In this document: one piece after another, positions 1 through 9,972 of the stretch | Position numbering within the stretch: the stretch's first letter is position 1 | Layout: the number at the start of each line of letters is the position of its first letter | Assembly (NCBI GenBank): GCA_033764015.1 | Contig: JANRJK010000013.1 | Span: 288,001 to 352,000, forward strand | DNA from: Candidatus Sumerlaeia bacterium | Lineage (GTDB): Bacteria; Sumerlaeota; Sumerlaeia; SLMS01; JANRJK01 | Reading direction: 5' to 3' | DNA length: 64,000 nucleotides | Position numbers and translations under genes: made by a program | The notes under the pieces: model-generated | Seen by the model: the letters and a program-made list of their open reading frames with translations, nothing else | The model's database searches: none | Told to the model about the DNA's origin: nothing

Positions 1-263
1 GCCGCCAGCGCCGCCATCATGTGCTCCATCTGCTCGAAGCGCCCGCCGTCGGGATGCGCCAGCACCGTTCGGCGCTCGCTCGCCTCCGCGTCGGCGAACT
101 CCAGCGTCGCGGGACAGCGGAACTTGTGGCGCGCGTTCTCCAGCACGATCCCGTGCCCCGCCTCCGCCGGCTCGATGCGCAGCGCGCACGCCTCGCCGGT
201 GTGCACGCCGGAGCCTTCGAATTCGACGGCGCGCGCTAGGGTCCGGCGGCGGAGGGCGTCCAT
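1..263 (-). CDS. lpxC: UDP-3-O-acyl-GlcNAc deacetylase LpxC, 5' part (runs off window edge)
   Basis: Manual translation from the ATG at 263 gives MDALRRRTLARAVEFEGSGVHTG...IEPAEAGHGIVL...RRTVL...EQMEHMMAALA. This matches the LpxC N-terminal RTL/GxGxHTG and EHxMAAL motifs, and the gene lies downstream of ompH. Confidence 0.85.
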   Translation of the reverse strand, partial: MDALRRRTLARAVEFEGSGVHTGEACALRIEPAEAGHGIVLENARHKFRCPATLEFADAEASERRTVLAHPDGGRFEQMEHMMAALA

Positions 264-274
264 GGCTTCGGCCT

Positions 275-955
275 TCAGGGGATCAGCGGCAGCGGCGCGC
301 CGCCGCGGCGTTCCGTCGTGGTCGTCGTCTGGGTGTCGCCCGGCAACGCTGACGGCCTGCGGCGGGCCGCTGCAAGCAGTTCGTCCGCCCGTCGGTCCAC
401 TTCCTCCAGCACCTTGTTCGTCAGGTCGACCGTGTCGCGGCCGTAAAGCACCACTTCGCCGCGGAGGATCATGTCGAAGCCCTCGCGGTCCCCCACCACG
501 CCGATGATCTTGACGATCTCGTCGAGCATCGGCTCCACCAGGTCCTTCTTCCGCGCGACGTCCCGGTCGAGCTGGAAGCGCAGCACGTCCATTTCGTCGA
601 TCAGCGCCGCCATCCGGTCGCGGAGCCGCATCCGTTCCGTTTCGCTGATCAGGCGCCCCTGCTCGTCCAGCCGTAGCTGGTGCTCGCGGAACTCGCGCTG
701 CTTGTCGCGGAGCTGCGCGGCGCGCGGCTCGATCTCCTTGTCCACGCTCTCGATGAGGCGGCGCACGGCGGCGGAGCGGTCGATGATGAACTCGACGTCC
801 ACGAAGCCGATGCGGATGTCGCGGCGGAGGCCCGTCCCCCCGGCGGAGGACTGCTGCGCGGGGGCCGGGGCGGGGGCGGCGGCGAACAGCGCCAGCGCCG
901 CCGCCAGCGATGCGGCCCTACTGCACAATGCCCTTCGTGATCTGCATGAACACAT
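275..955 (-). CDS. OmpH/Skp family periplasmic chaperone (true start probably near 928)
   Basis: Signal peptide, then IGFVDVEFII, a long coiled coil and a C-terminal 'GDREGFDMILRGEVVLYG..TVDLTNKVL' typical of Skp. Confidence 0.85.
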   Translation of the reverse strand: MCSCRSRRALCSRAASLAAALALFAAAPAPAPAQQSSAGGTGLRRDIRIGFVDVEFIIDRSAAVRRLIESVDKEIEPRAAQLRDKQREFREHQLRLDEQGRLISETERMRLRDRMAALIDEMDVLRFQLDRDVARKKDLVEPMLDEIVKIIGVVGDREGFDMILRGEVVLYGRDTVDLTNKVLEEVDRRADELLAAARRRPSALPGDTQTTTTTERRGGAPLPLIP

Positions 956-1850
956 CTTCGAGGTCGATTTCCTTTTCGCTGATGCTCGTGAAGCGGATAC
1001 CGTTCTTGTTCAGCGCGTCGATGATGATGTCGGTGTCGTGGTCCCCCTCAAGCGGGAGGTGCACCTGCAGCAGCGTGCCGTCGCGCTCCACGCGCGTCAC
1101 CGGCTTGGTGTCCAGCAGGAGCTGCTCCGCCGCCGACTCGAAGCCCTCCTTCACCTTCACCTCCACGACGCGCCCGCCGCGGAGCTGGTCCGTGATCGCC
1201 TTGATGTCGCCGGCGTACAGCAGCTTCCCCTGCTCGATAATGCCCACCGTGTTGCAGAAGTCCGCCAGCTCCGTCAGGATGTGGCTGCTGATGAGGATCG
1301 TCTTGCCCATGCGCCGCAGCTCCTTGAGCAGCTCGCGCAACTCGATGCGCGCCCGCGGGTCCAAGCCCGAGGCGGGCTCGTCCAGCAGCAGCACCTTCGG
1401 GTCGTGGATCAGCGTCTTCGCCAGGCAGAGCCGCTGCTTCATGCCGCGGGAGAGCGCCTCGACGCCGGCGTCCTTCTTGTGCGTCAGGTCCGTCAGCTCC
1501 AGGACGTCGTCGATGATCTTCTTCCGGCGCGTCTTCTCGATCCGGTACGCGGCGCCGAAGAAGTCGAGGTACTCCCAGACCTTCATGTCGTCGTACACGC
1601 CGAAGCTGTCGGGCATGTAGCCCATCACCCGCTTCACGTCGTCCGCCTGCGTCAGGACGTTGTAGCCGCAAACGAGCGCGAAACCCTGCGTCGGCTTCAG
1701 CAGCGTCGCTAGGATCTTGATGGTCGTCGTCTTGCCGGCGCCGTTCGGGCCGATGAAGCCGAAGATGTCGCCCTCGTCGATCTTCATCGACAGGTTGTCG
1801 ACGGCGACGAGGTCCTTGTACACTTTGCGGACGTTCTGGATTTCGATCAT
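918..1850 (-). CDS. ABC transporter ATP-binding protein (ABC-2/exporter type)
   Basis: Walker A GPNGAGKTT, signature LSRGMKQR, Walker B LLLDEP, ISSH; likely start MIEIQNVRK at 1850. Confidence 0.93.
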   Translation of the reverse strand: MIEIQNVRKVYKDLVAVDNLSMKIDEGDIFGFIGPNGAGKTTTIKILATLLKPTQGFALVCGYNVLTQADDVKRVMGYMPDSFGVYDDMKVWEYLDFFGAAYRIEKTRRKKIIDDVLELTDLTHKKDAGVEALSRGMKQRLCLAKTLIHDPKVLLLDEPASGLDPRARIELRELLKELRRMGKTILISSHILTELADFCNTVGIIEQGKLLYAGDIKAITDQLRGGRVVEVKVKEGFESAAEQLLLDTKPVTRVERDGTLLQVHLPLEGDHDTDIIIDALNKNGIRFTSISEKEIDLEDVFMQITKGIVQ

Positions 1851-1961
1851 GTGCCCCGGGCCGGTCTGGACGGATTGGTCTTTGCGCGCGGGCCGCGCCC
1901 CCGACTTAACGCGCGCGAGCCTCGCCCCGGCGCGCGGTCCGGTCAACGTCCTTCGGAGCGG

Positions 1962-2432
1962 CTATCGCGGCGCCGCCGGTGGCGGAGGCTCCGCCCGCGG
2001 CGGGGTGTAGAGCGGCCCGTCGTCGCCCCAAAGAACCCGCGTGTTGGGGAAGTAGAGGCTCCCCCAGCCCTGCCCCTCGCTGAGCCATGGGCTCACACCC
2101 GCGGGCCAGTTCGGCCAAAGCGACCGGCACACCAGATAGTCCACCGAGCCAAACACCCCGGAGAGCCCCTTGAACAGCAGCCAACTGAAGTCGTATCCGA
2201 TACCCAGATTGAATCCGCCGAACAAGCTCCAACCGGCGCCCGCGCTGGGTGCGCGCGCGAGCCGCGACTGGTCGGCGAAGTACTCGAACACGTTCGTCAC
2301 GGTCACCACCGGGGCGTCCACCACGTCGCGGACCACGGTCACCGGCGTCAGGGCGATCCGTCCCGCCGTGTGCGAGCAGCCGCTCGCAGCAAGGCAAAGC
2401 GCCGCCAGCAGTCCAAGAAGAAGTCCGCGCAT
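1962..2432 (-). CDS. hypothetical lipoprotein
   Basis: Lipobox-like LAASGC after a hydrophobic stretch; protein-like composition. Confidence 0.65.
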   Translation of the reverse strand: MRGLLLGLLAALCLAASGCSHTAGRIALTPVTVVRDVVDAPVVTVTNVFEYFADQSRLARAPSAGAGWSLFGGFNLGIGYDFSWLLFKGLSGVFGSVDYLVCRSLWPNWPAGVSPWLSEGQGWGSLYFPNTRVLWGDDGPLYTPPRAEPPPPAAPR

Positions 2433-2535
2433 CGGGGTCCGCCTTTCGCCGTCCGGTGTGGTGCTCCGCCGGAAGATGGAAACCCGCTTGCTGCCTGCCG
2501 ATGCAAGAGTGTTTCAAAGCGCGGTGAGGTTACGA

Positions 2536-2979
2536 ATGCGCCTTCCCGCCGCGGCGTTGGCCGCCGCCATCTTCGCCGCCGCATGCCGGGAACCGGCTCC
2601 GCCGCCGCCCCCCGCCCCCACGCCAGTCCCCACAGCGACCCCCGAGCCGCCCCCCACCCCAGCGCCCCAGCGGACCACCGCCTCCGGCATCGTCGTCGAC
2701 GAGGCCTTGGCGGGCGTCGGCGACCCGCTGCCGAAGGGCGCGCGCGTCCTCGCCGCCTACACCATCGCCGGCGCGGAAGGGGAGGACCCCCTCGAGGAGG
2801 GAATCCTCGAGCTCGTCCTCGGCGACCCGCTGCTGCCCACCGTCTGGGCCGAATCCCTCGATGGCGTCCGTGACGGCGCCCGCAGGGGGCTTCGCGTCCC
2901 CGCGGCCCTCTTGCCCGCGCTGCCGTCCGCCGCAGAATTCCACCAGATCGATTTCGAGGTAAGCGCCATTGCGGAATAA
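2536..2979 (+). CDS. hypothetical lipoprotein with Pro/Thr-rich linker
   Basis: MRLPAAALAAAIFAAAC lipobox-like start, PAPTPVPTATPEP linker; overlaps the rnd start. Confidence 0.6.
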   Translation: MRLPAAALAAAIFAAACREPAPPPPPAPTPVPTATPEPPPTPAPQRTTASGIVVDEALAGVGDPLPKGARVLAAYTIAGAEGEDPLEEGILELVLGDPLLPTVWAESLDGVRDGARRGLRVPAALLPALPSAAEFHQIDFEVSAIAE

Positions 2980-4219
2980 CCCCGACGTGGACCACGGGAA
3001 GCCCTCAGGACCCAAGCTTCCCTGCCCCTTCCGCTACATCACCGACTCCGCCGGCCTCGCCGAGGCCGCCGCCGCGCTCGACAACGCGCCCTGGGTCGCC
3101 GTCGACACCGAGTTCGTCGGCGAGCGCCACTACCGCGCTAGGCTTGAAGTCGTCCAGCTCGCCGTCCCCGGCGCCATCTTCATCATCGACGTCCAGCGCT
3201 GCCCCGATCTCGCGCCGCTCCGTCCCGCGCTCGAGGACAACTCGAAGCTCAAGATCCTCCACGCAGCGGGGCAGGATGTCGCCCTCATGGACCGCCAGAC
3301 CGGGGGGCGCATGGCGAACGTGTTCGACACGCAGCTCGCCGCCGCGTTCCTCGGCTACGGCCTGCAGGTCTCGCTCACCAACCTTACCATGTCGCTGCTC
3401 AAGATCGAGCTCGACGGCAAGCACACCACCAGCGACTGGTCCGAGCGCCCGCTCACCCCGCAGCAGCTCGAATACGCCGCCTGCGATGTCGCGTGGCTCG
3501 GAGCCATCCGCGACCGGCTTTCCGCCCAGCTCGAAGCCCGCGGGCGCGCCGCATGGTTTGTCGAGGAGCAGGAGGCCCGCCTCCAGGAATCCGTCGACGA
3601 CGAGCCGACGCCCGACGAGGAGCTGTTCCGCCGCGTCAAGAACGCGCTTTCCCTCAAGCCCCGCGAGCTCGCGCACCTCCGCGAACTCACCGCCTGGCGC
3701 GAGCGCACCGCCCGCTCCGCGAACGTCCCCCGCCGCCAGGTGATGACCGACGAGGGCCTGGTCGAACTCGCCACGCACCAGCCCCGCACCCGCGAGGCGC
3801 TGTCCAAGCTCCGCCGCGTCCCCACCGGCCCCGCGATGCGGTACTCCGACCAGGTCCTTCCCGCCATCGAACGCGCCTCGCAGATTCCCCGCGAGCAATG
3901 GCCCGCGAAGATCAAGCCCCCCTCGCTTCCCTCGCTGCCCACCGGCGTCGTCGAGCTGGCGCAGGCCGTCCTCCGCAATTGCTCCGAAGGCGAGGATGTC
4001 GCATCCACGCTCGTCGCCACCACCTCCGAGCTGAACCAGTTCATCGGCTGCAAGATCGGCGGCGGCGACCTAGACGGCCATCCGCTCCTCAAGGGCTGGC
4101 GCCGCGAACTCGTCGGCGAACGCCTGGTCCGCCTCCTCGAGGGCCGCCTCCTCATCCGCGTCACCAAGGACGGACTGGAAGCGGTCGATTGGCCCGACGC
4201 GGAGGAGTCCGCCCCATGA
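2969..4219 (+). CDS. rnd: ribonuclease D
   Basis: AVDTEF exonuclease motif, [35 protein letters not shown] region, C-terminal GWRRELVG. Confidence 0.92.
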   Translation: MRNNPDVDHGKPSGPKLPCPFRYITDSAGLAEAAAALDNAPWVAVDTEFVGERHYRARLEVVQLAVPGAIFIIDVQRCPDLAPLRPALEDNSKLKILHAAGQDVALMDRQTGGRMANVFDTQLAAAFLGYGLQVSLTNLTMSLLKIELDGKHTTSDWSERPLTPQQLEYAACDVAWLGAIRDRLSAQLEARGRAAWFVEEQEARLQESVDDEPTPDEELFRRVKNALSLKPRELAHLRELTAWRERTARSANVPRRQVMTDEGLVELATHQPRTREALSKLRRVPTGPAMRYSDQVLPAIERASQIPREQWPAKIKPPSLPSLPTGVVELAQAVLRNCSEGEDVASTLVATTSELNQFIGCKIGGGDLDGHPLLKGWRRELVGERLVRLLEGRLLIRVTKDGLEAVDWPDAEESAP

Positions 4220-4713
4220 GCGCGCCACGCATCGCGATCGTCATGGGGTCCCGTTCCGACTGGGAAACCATGCGCCACGCCGCGGCGCTCCTCGATGAGC
4301 TGAATGTGACGCACCATGTCGAGGTGGTCTCCGCGCACCGCACTCCGGACAAGATGATCGCCTTCGCCGCCGACGCCGAGAGCCGCGGCTTCGAGGTCGT
4401 CATCGCCGGCGCCGGCGGCGCCGCGCACCTCCCCGGCATGATCGCCTCCAAGACCTGCCTCCCAGTCCTCGGCGTCCCGGTCGAGTCGAAGGCGCTCAGC
4501 GGCATGGACTCGCTGCTGTCGATCGTGCAGATGCCCGCCGGCGTTCCGGTCGGCACCCTCGCGATCGGCCGCGCCGGCGCCGTCAACGCCGCGCTGCTCG
4601 CCGCCTCGATCCTCGCCCGGGCCGACGACGACCTGCGGGTGCGCCTCGCCGCCTGGCGCGCGCGCCAAACGCAAGACGTCCTCGACCACCCGGACCCGCG
4701 GGAAGGCGCCTGA
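4216..4713 (+). CDS. purE: N5-CAIR mutase
   Basis: [43 protein letters not shown] overlap with rnd. Confidence 0.97.
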   Translation: MSAPRIAIVMGSRSDWETMRHAAALLDELNVTHHVEVVSAHRTPDKMIAFAADAESRGFEVVIAGAGGAAHLPGMIASKTCLPVLGVPVESKALSGMDSLLSIVQMPAGVPVGTLAIGRAGAVNAALLAASILARADDDLRVRLAAWRARQTQDVLDHPDPREGA

Positions 4714-4715
4714 CC

Positions 4716-5822
4716 GTGCGCATCGGGATCCTCGGCGGCGGCCAGCTCGGGCGCATGCTCGCCCTCGCCGGCGTCCCGCTCGGCTACCGGTTCCTCTTTC
4801 TCGATCCCTCCGCGGAGGCGCCCGCCCGCGACTTGGGGGAGTACCTGTGCGCGGGCTACGACGACCGGGCGGGGCTCGCGCGCCTCGCCGACTCCTGCGA
4901 CGTCGTCACCTACGAGTTCGAGTCGGTCCCCGCCTCCGCCGTCCACGAGCTCCTCCGGCGCCGCCCCGTGCGCCCCGGCGCGCTGGCGCTCGAAACCGCC
5001 CAGGAACGCTTCGCCGAAAAGTCGCTCTTCCAGCGCCTCGGCATCCCGACCGCGCCCTTCGCGCCGGTCGACTCGCTGCTGGAGTTCCGCGACGCCCTCG
5101 ACCGCATCGGCTACCCCGCGGTGCTCAAGACCCGCCGCCACGGCTACGACGGCAAGGGGCAAGCGGTCCTCCGCTCCGCCGCCGACGCCGACCACGCGTG
5201 GACCAGCCACGCCGGCGTTCCGCTCCTCATCGAGGGGCACGTCCCCTTCATCCGCGAACTCTCCATCGTCGGCGTGCGCGGCGCGGATGGCGCCCTCGCC
5301 TGCTACCCCCTCGTCGAGAACCGCCACCACGCGGGGATCCTCCGACTCACCATCGCGCCCGCACCCGCCGTCGACGACGCGCTGCAGCAGCGGGCCGAGG
5401 ACCTCTTCGCCCTCATCGCCCAGGCGCTCGACTACGTGGGAGTCCTCGCGGTCGAGCTTTTCCAGACCGAGGGCGGGCTCCTCGCCAACGAGATCGCACC
5501 CCGCGTCCACAACAGTGGCCACTGGACCATCGAGGGCGCCCGCACCTCGCAGTTCGAGAACCACATCCGCGCCATCGCGGGGCTGCCGCTTGGCGACTGC
5601 TCCGCCTTCGGCCCCGCTGCGATGGTGAACCTCATCGGCTCGACGCCGGAGCGCGACGCGGTCCTCTCGATCCTCGGTGCGAAGCTGCACCTCTACGGCA
5701 AGTCCGACCGCCCCGGGCGGAAGCTCGGCCACGTCACCCTGCTTGCGGACACGCCGGAGGATCTGCGCGCGCGGCTCGGGGAGCTCGCCGCCGCGGTGCC
5801 CGGCATCGAGTCGCTGCTCTAG
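4716..5822 (+). CDS. purK: N5-CAIR synthase
   Basis: GILGGGQLGRM, TYEFE, GYDGKGQ, NEIAPRVHNSGHWT, SQFENH, HLYGK..RPGRKLGH. Confidence 0.97.
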   Translation: MRIGILGGGQLGRMLALAGVPLGYRFLFLDPSAEAPARDLGEYLCAGYDDRAGLARLADSCDVVTYEFESVPASAVHELLRRRPVRPGALALETAQERFAEKSLFQRLGIPTAPFAPVDSLLEFRDALDRIGYPAVLKTRRHGYDGKGQAVLRSAADADHAWTSHAGVPLLIEGHVPFIRELSIVGVRGADGALACYPLVENRHHAGILRLTIAPAPAVDDALQQRAEDLFALIAQALDYVGVLAVELFQTEGGLLANEIAPRVHNSGHWTIEGARTSQFENHIRAIAGLPLGDCSAFGPAAMVNLIGSTPERDAVLSILGAKLHLYGKSDRPGRKLGHVTLLADTPEDLRARLGELAAAVPGIESLL

Positions 5823-5894
5823 GCCCGGGAAAGCGAGCGGGCGCGGAGCCCATCGGCCCCGCGCCCGCGACACCACGCGACGGGTGGCGCGCCG

Positions 5895-8258
5895 CTACCG
5901 CTCGCGCCAGCTCTCCACGTTGTTCGGCCCGCTCACGTTCACGATGACATTGCCGATGGCGCCGTTCCAGCCGCCCGCCTGGATGTGGTACGTCGTGCCC
6001 GAGGCGGCGTTGAACGTCACCTCGCTCGTGGTGCCGCTGCCCCCGGTGTCGTCGTTCGCCGCGATCACCGTGAGCGCATTAACCGCCGCCCCGGTGTAGA
6101 CGCCGAGGACCGTGTCCATCGGGTTGCCGCTGGTTGTGCTGCCGACCGTGCTGATCGTCGTCGTGCCGCTGCCCGGCGCCGTCCAGCGGTACCACAGCGT
6201 GCCGGTGATCAGCTGTCCAGCGACGGTCGTCGGCTCGCCCGACTCCGTCGTTGCGCCGTTGTTGCTGTACGCGCTCGTCGACGCGGTCGATCCCGGCACC
6301 GTCTCGCCGTCCACGAAATCGTCGTTCGGCGCAACGGCGCCGACCTCGAATTGCACCGGAACCTCGTAGGGGCTGTTCGTCGCCAGCGCGTCGGTGATGG
6401 TCACAATGGCGTTGTAGGTCCCCGCCGACAGAGCCGCCGCCGAAAGCGTCAGCTCCACTGTGTCTTGCTCCGCCGTCGCGGTCCCCGACCCCGGGGTGAC
6501 CGTCAGCCAAGGCGCATTGTCCGAGACGGTGTAGGAGAGCGTGCTGCCGCCTGCGTTTCGGATGGCGAACGCGCGCGAGGCGCTCTGCCCCTCAAGCCGC
6601 GACTCCGTGATCGCCGCCAGCGATGTCTCGATGATCGGCGATGCGGTCAGCGCGACGTTCAGCGTCGTCAGCCCCGTCGCGCCGCCCTTGCCGTCCACCG
6701 CGATCTGATAGGTCGTGCCCCCCGTCGCCGCGAAGGTGACGGAGCTCGTCGTGCCGCTCGTGTCGTCGTTCGATGCCACGCCGGTCAACGCCCCGACCGA
6801 GTTGCCCGTGTAGACCGCGAGCAACGTGTCGTAGGCGCTGCCAACCGTGGTGATGGTCGCCGTCCCGGACGCCGGGGCGGTCCAGCTCCACCAACTCGAC
6901 GCGCCGCCCGCGTTGCCCGCGTGGTTCGGCTCGCCGGCTTCCTTGTCGTGCGTCAGGTTGCGGCCCGTGAGCGTGATGTTCCCGTAGTCGAACGCGATCC
7001 GGTTTGCGAAGTCGTCGTTCTGAAGGCGCCACACCGTGAACGTGTCCTGGTTGTTCGTCATGGAGAGCGCGTTGTGCGCCTCGTTCGCATCGCCCACCGG
7101 CACGCCGGTCGGCTGGCCCTGGAAGGTCACGTCGGGGTTGGAGAAGTACTGGATGCGCGACCCCGGCGCGTAGGCCATCACGGTGCGGTATGCGACCGCG
7201 TTGTTCCCGGTGAAGCGGTGGCCGTAGGAATAGGTGTAGGTGCCCGCGCCGCCGTCCGCCCGCGCGTGCATGTTGCCCATGTTGTGGCCGATCTCGTGCT
7301 GGAAACTTTCCTGCGTGATGCAGTTGGCGCCGGTGACGCTGAAGGCGTTCGAGGAGAAGCCGACGCTCTCCGTCGCCATCAGGTAGGCGATGCCGCAGGC
7401 GCCCGCCGCGGAACTAGACGTGAGCAGCGCGCACTCGTCCGCGCGGTACAGCTCGCGCAGCGTGTGAACCTCGTCCATGAAGCCGTCCGTCGTGCCTGCC
7501 CAGCGGCCGAGATCCGTCCCGAGGTTGCCCGCGTCGTAGTATGGCGTTTCGTACATGTGCACCAGCGTCGCCTGCAGGTTGATCAGGCTGTTCGTGTACG
7601 AGGCGTTCGTGCGGGTCATCGCGTTGTTCACCTGCGCGATGATGCCCGACTGTCCGTAGACCTGGCGCGCGGTGATCGTGTAAGCCACCATCACGTCGAT
7701 GTTTTCGATCGCATCCGCCGCCGGCACCGGCCCTTGCGGGCGCTCCGCCACTCCGAGGCCGAAGTCGAGGTGCTTCTCCGTCACACCGCACGTCGGCATC
7801 AGGCTCTCGTCCTTCAGCACGATCTCATGCGTTCCGTCGGCCCGGTGCCACACCGCGAAGGTCCCCACGCCCGGCACGTCCACATCGAGCGAGATCGCCT
7901 CCTTGTACACCGCCAAAATCACCGGCATCGGGTCGTCGCCCTTGAGGCGCCCCACCCAGGAATAGTCGTCCTCGCCGCGGAACTCGAGGCGATCGAACTC
8001 CACCTCGACCACCGCGTCGTCGAAGAAGTTGATCGCGATGGTGCGCTCGCCATCGCGGGCGAAGCGGAGCGCGTCGAACACGCCGCGGTCGACTTCGGCG
8101 AGCCGGGTGCGCATGATCTCCGGCCTGCTGCTCGGTTGCAGCGTGCCGTCGTAGCTCCGCGCCGCGTTGAAGAAAACGTCCGCCGCCGACGCTCCACCGC
8201 ATAGGGAGAGCGCCGCAGCCAGGGAAGCCAGCCGCCTTGCAAAGGTCTTGATCGCCAC
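5895..8258 (-). CDS. secreted M12/reprolysin-like zinc metallopeptidase with two PPC-like domains and a BACON-like domain
   Basis: Signal peptide, prodomain PTCG, HEIGHNMGNMH zinc motif, RTVMAY Met-turn, two NDDF..GEP..WTAP..NDD repeats. Confidence 0.85.
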   Translation of the reverse strand: MAIKTFARRLASLAAALSLCGGASAADVFFNAARSYDGTLQPSSRPEIMRTRLAEVDRGVFDALRFARDGERTIAINFFDDAVVEVEFDRLEFRGEDDYSWVGRLKGDDPMPVILAVYKEAISLDVDVPGVGTFAVWHRADGTHEIVLKDESLMPTCGVTEKHLDFGLGVAERPQGPVPAADAIENIDVMVAYTITARQVYGQSGIIAQVNNAMTRTNASYTNSLINLQATLVHMYETPYYDAGNLGTDLGRWAGTTDGFMDEVHTLRELYRADECALLTSSSAAGACGIAYLMATESVGFSSNAFSVTGANCITQESFQHEIGHNMGNMHARADGGAGTYTYSYGHRFTGNNAVAYRTVMAYAPGSRIQYFSNPDVTFQGQPTGVPVGDANEAHNALSMTNNQDTFTVWRLQNDDFANRIAFDYGNITLTGRNLTHDKEAGEPNHAGNAGGASSWWSWTAPASGTATITTVGSAYDTLLAVYTGNSVGALTGVASNDDTSGTTSSVTFAATGGTTYQIAVDGKGGATGLTTLNVALTASPIIETSLAAITESRLEGQSASRAFAIRNAGGSTLSYTVSDNAPWLTVTPGSGTATAEQDTVELTLSAAALSAGTYNAIVTITDALATNSPYEVPVQFEVGAVAPNDDFVDGETVPGSTASTSAYSNNGATTESGEPTTVAGQLITGTLWYRWTAPGSGTTTISTVGSTTSGNPMDTVLGVYTGAAVNALTVIAANDDTGGSGTTSEVTFNAASGTTYHIQAGGWNGAIGNVIVNVSGPNNVESWRER

Positions 8259-8330
8259 TTTGTGGGCCTTTCGAGGGGTTTCGGTGGAATCTTGAAGCCC
8301 CTATAGCGGCACCACAACGAAAATCGCCGA

Positions 8331-9758
8331 TCAAGTCCCGAAGACGAAATCCTTCACCTGCACCGCGCCGTGGCGGACATAGTTCATGAATTCCTTCGGA
8401 GAACGCACGCCCGCCAAGGTCCGGGCGATGAACGCCGGGCGCATGTAGAACTCCCGCAGCCCATCGGTCCGCAGCTTCGCCAACCGCTCCAGCGTGATAT
8501 GCTTCGTCGCCATGCACGGCATTCCGTACGCCTCCTTCGGAACCGTGTCCGGCGGCAGCAGCCCCGCCTCCACGACCTCCTTGTGCAGTGGCGTCCCGGG
8601 GAACGGGTACGGGTAGAAGATCTCGAGGAAATCCGGATCGAGCTCCTTCGCGAACTCGATGTCGCTGCGCAGGATCTGCTCCGTGTCGTCGGGCAGCCCG
8701 AACAGGAGGTACATGCTGCGCTTGATGCCGGCCTCGCGCGTCATCGCGAGCGCCTTCCGCGCCATCTCCACGTTCGCCTTCTTGTTGATCCGCTTCAGCG
8801 ACTCGTCGTCGCCCTTCTCGACGCCGAAGGCGATGATCCAGCATCCCGCCTTCTTCATCCACTTCAGGGCCTCGGGATTGATCGTGTCGACGCGCGAGTT
8901 GCACGCCCACTCGATGTCGAGCTTGCTGTCGATGATCGCCTCGCACAGCTTGATCACCCACGCCTTGTTCTGGGTGAAGAGGTCGCTGCGGAACAGGAAG
9001 CTGCGGATGCCGTGGCGCTCGACGCACTCCCGGATCTCGCCCATCACGTTTTCCACGGAGCGGTAGCGGTTCTTCAGCCCGCTCACCTGGTTGGCGAGGC
9101 AGTATGTGCACGAGAACGGGCAGCCGCGGTTCGTCACCAGCGTCGTCTGCTTTTCGCCCGTGTCGGGGCGCAGGTAGAGCGCGTTGTTCGCCAGATGGCG
9201 CGCGGGATACGCGATATCGTCCAAGTCGTTCGGCAGCGCGCGGGACGGATTGCGCGTGGGCTTGCCGTCCTTGCGGAAAGAGAGGCCGTGGATCTCCGCG
9301 AGCGGCTTGCCCTGCGCGATCTCGCGGCATGTCAGCTCGTACTCGCCGCGCAGCGCCACATCGAGCTGCGGAACCTTTTCGAGCGCCTTCAGGTCGAGCG
9401 TGTTGAAGTGCGCGCCCTTCGCCACCGTCAGGCAGCCCGGCGCCATCTCCTTCAGCACCGCGGCGATGCGCATGTCCTCGTCGAAGGAGGGCGTCGTGAT
9501 GCTCATGACCACGACCGCGGGATCGAATTCCTTCACGTCCGCTCGGAGGTCGCCGAGCGTGGCGTCCTCCGCCGGGTAGTCGCGCAGCCGGCACTCCCAA
9601 CCGGCGCGCTCGAACTCCGCCGCGACGTACATAAGGTCCACCGGCGGGCGCAGCGCCACGGTCTTCAGCTTGTCGATCGGCGTCTGGCACCGGTCCTCGC
9701 GGATGAACTTCCCGGTGGGGGGCACGATGAAGAAGGCGCGTTGGCGGGCTGCGGTCAT
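8331..9758 (-). CDS. B12-binding radical SAM protein (class B methylase/HpnJ-like)
   Basis: N-terminal cobalamin-binding-like domain (KGAH, RGEYE), RGCPFSCTYC, PFPGTPL. Confidence 0.88.
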   Translation of the reverse strand: MTAARQRAFFIVPPTGKFIREDRCQTPIDKLKTVALRPPVDLMYVAAEFERAGWECRLRDYPAEDATLGDLRADVKEFDPAVVVMSITTPSFDEDMRIAAVLKEMAPGCLTVAKGAHFNTLDLKALEKVPQLDVALRGEYELTCREIAQGKPLAEIHGLSFRKDGKPTRNPSRALPNDLDDIAYPARHLANNALYLRPDTGEKQTTLVTNRGCPFSCTYCLANQVSGLKNRYRSVENVMGEIRECVERHGIRSFLFRSDLFTQNKAWVIKLCEAIIDSKLDIEWACNSRVDTINPEALKWMKKAGCWIIAFGVEKGDDESLKRINKKANVEMARKALAMTREAGIKRSMYLLFGLPDDTEQILRSDIEFAKELDPDFLEIFYPYPFPGTPLHKEVVEAGLLPPDTVPKEAYGMPCMATKHITLERLAKLRTDGLREFYMRPAFIARTLAGVRSPKEFMNYVRHGAVQVKDFVFGT

Positions 9759-9972
9759 AAAGCGGCGGAGGTTCCTCGGGGGTTGCGTGCTACCCTTGAT
9801 CCATCCGCATTTTGCGCGCGGGCGCCGGTCAAGTCAAGCGAGGGGGCGGCGCCGCGCGGAGCGGACCGCGAAGTTACCCGCAAGCCCCCCCGCGCCCGCA
9901 AGCGGCTTGACCGCCCCAAGACGCGCCGCGCAACGCTTCAATTTACCACCCCCCCTTGAAAGGCCCCACCCG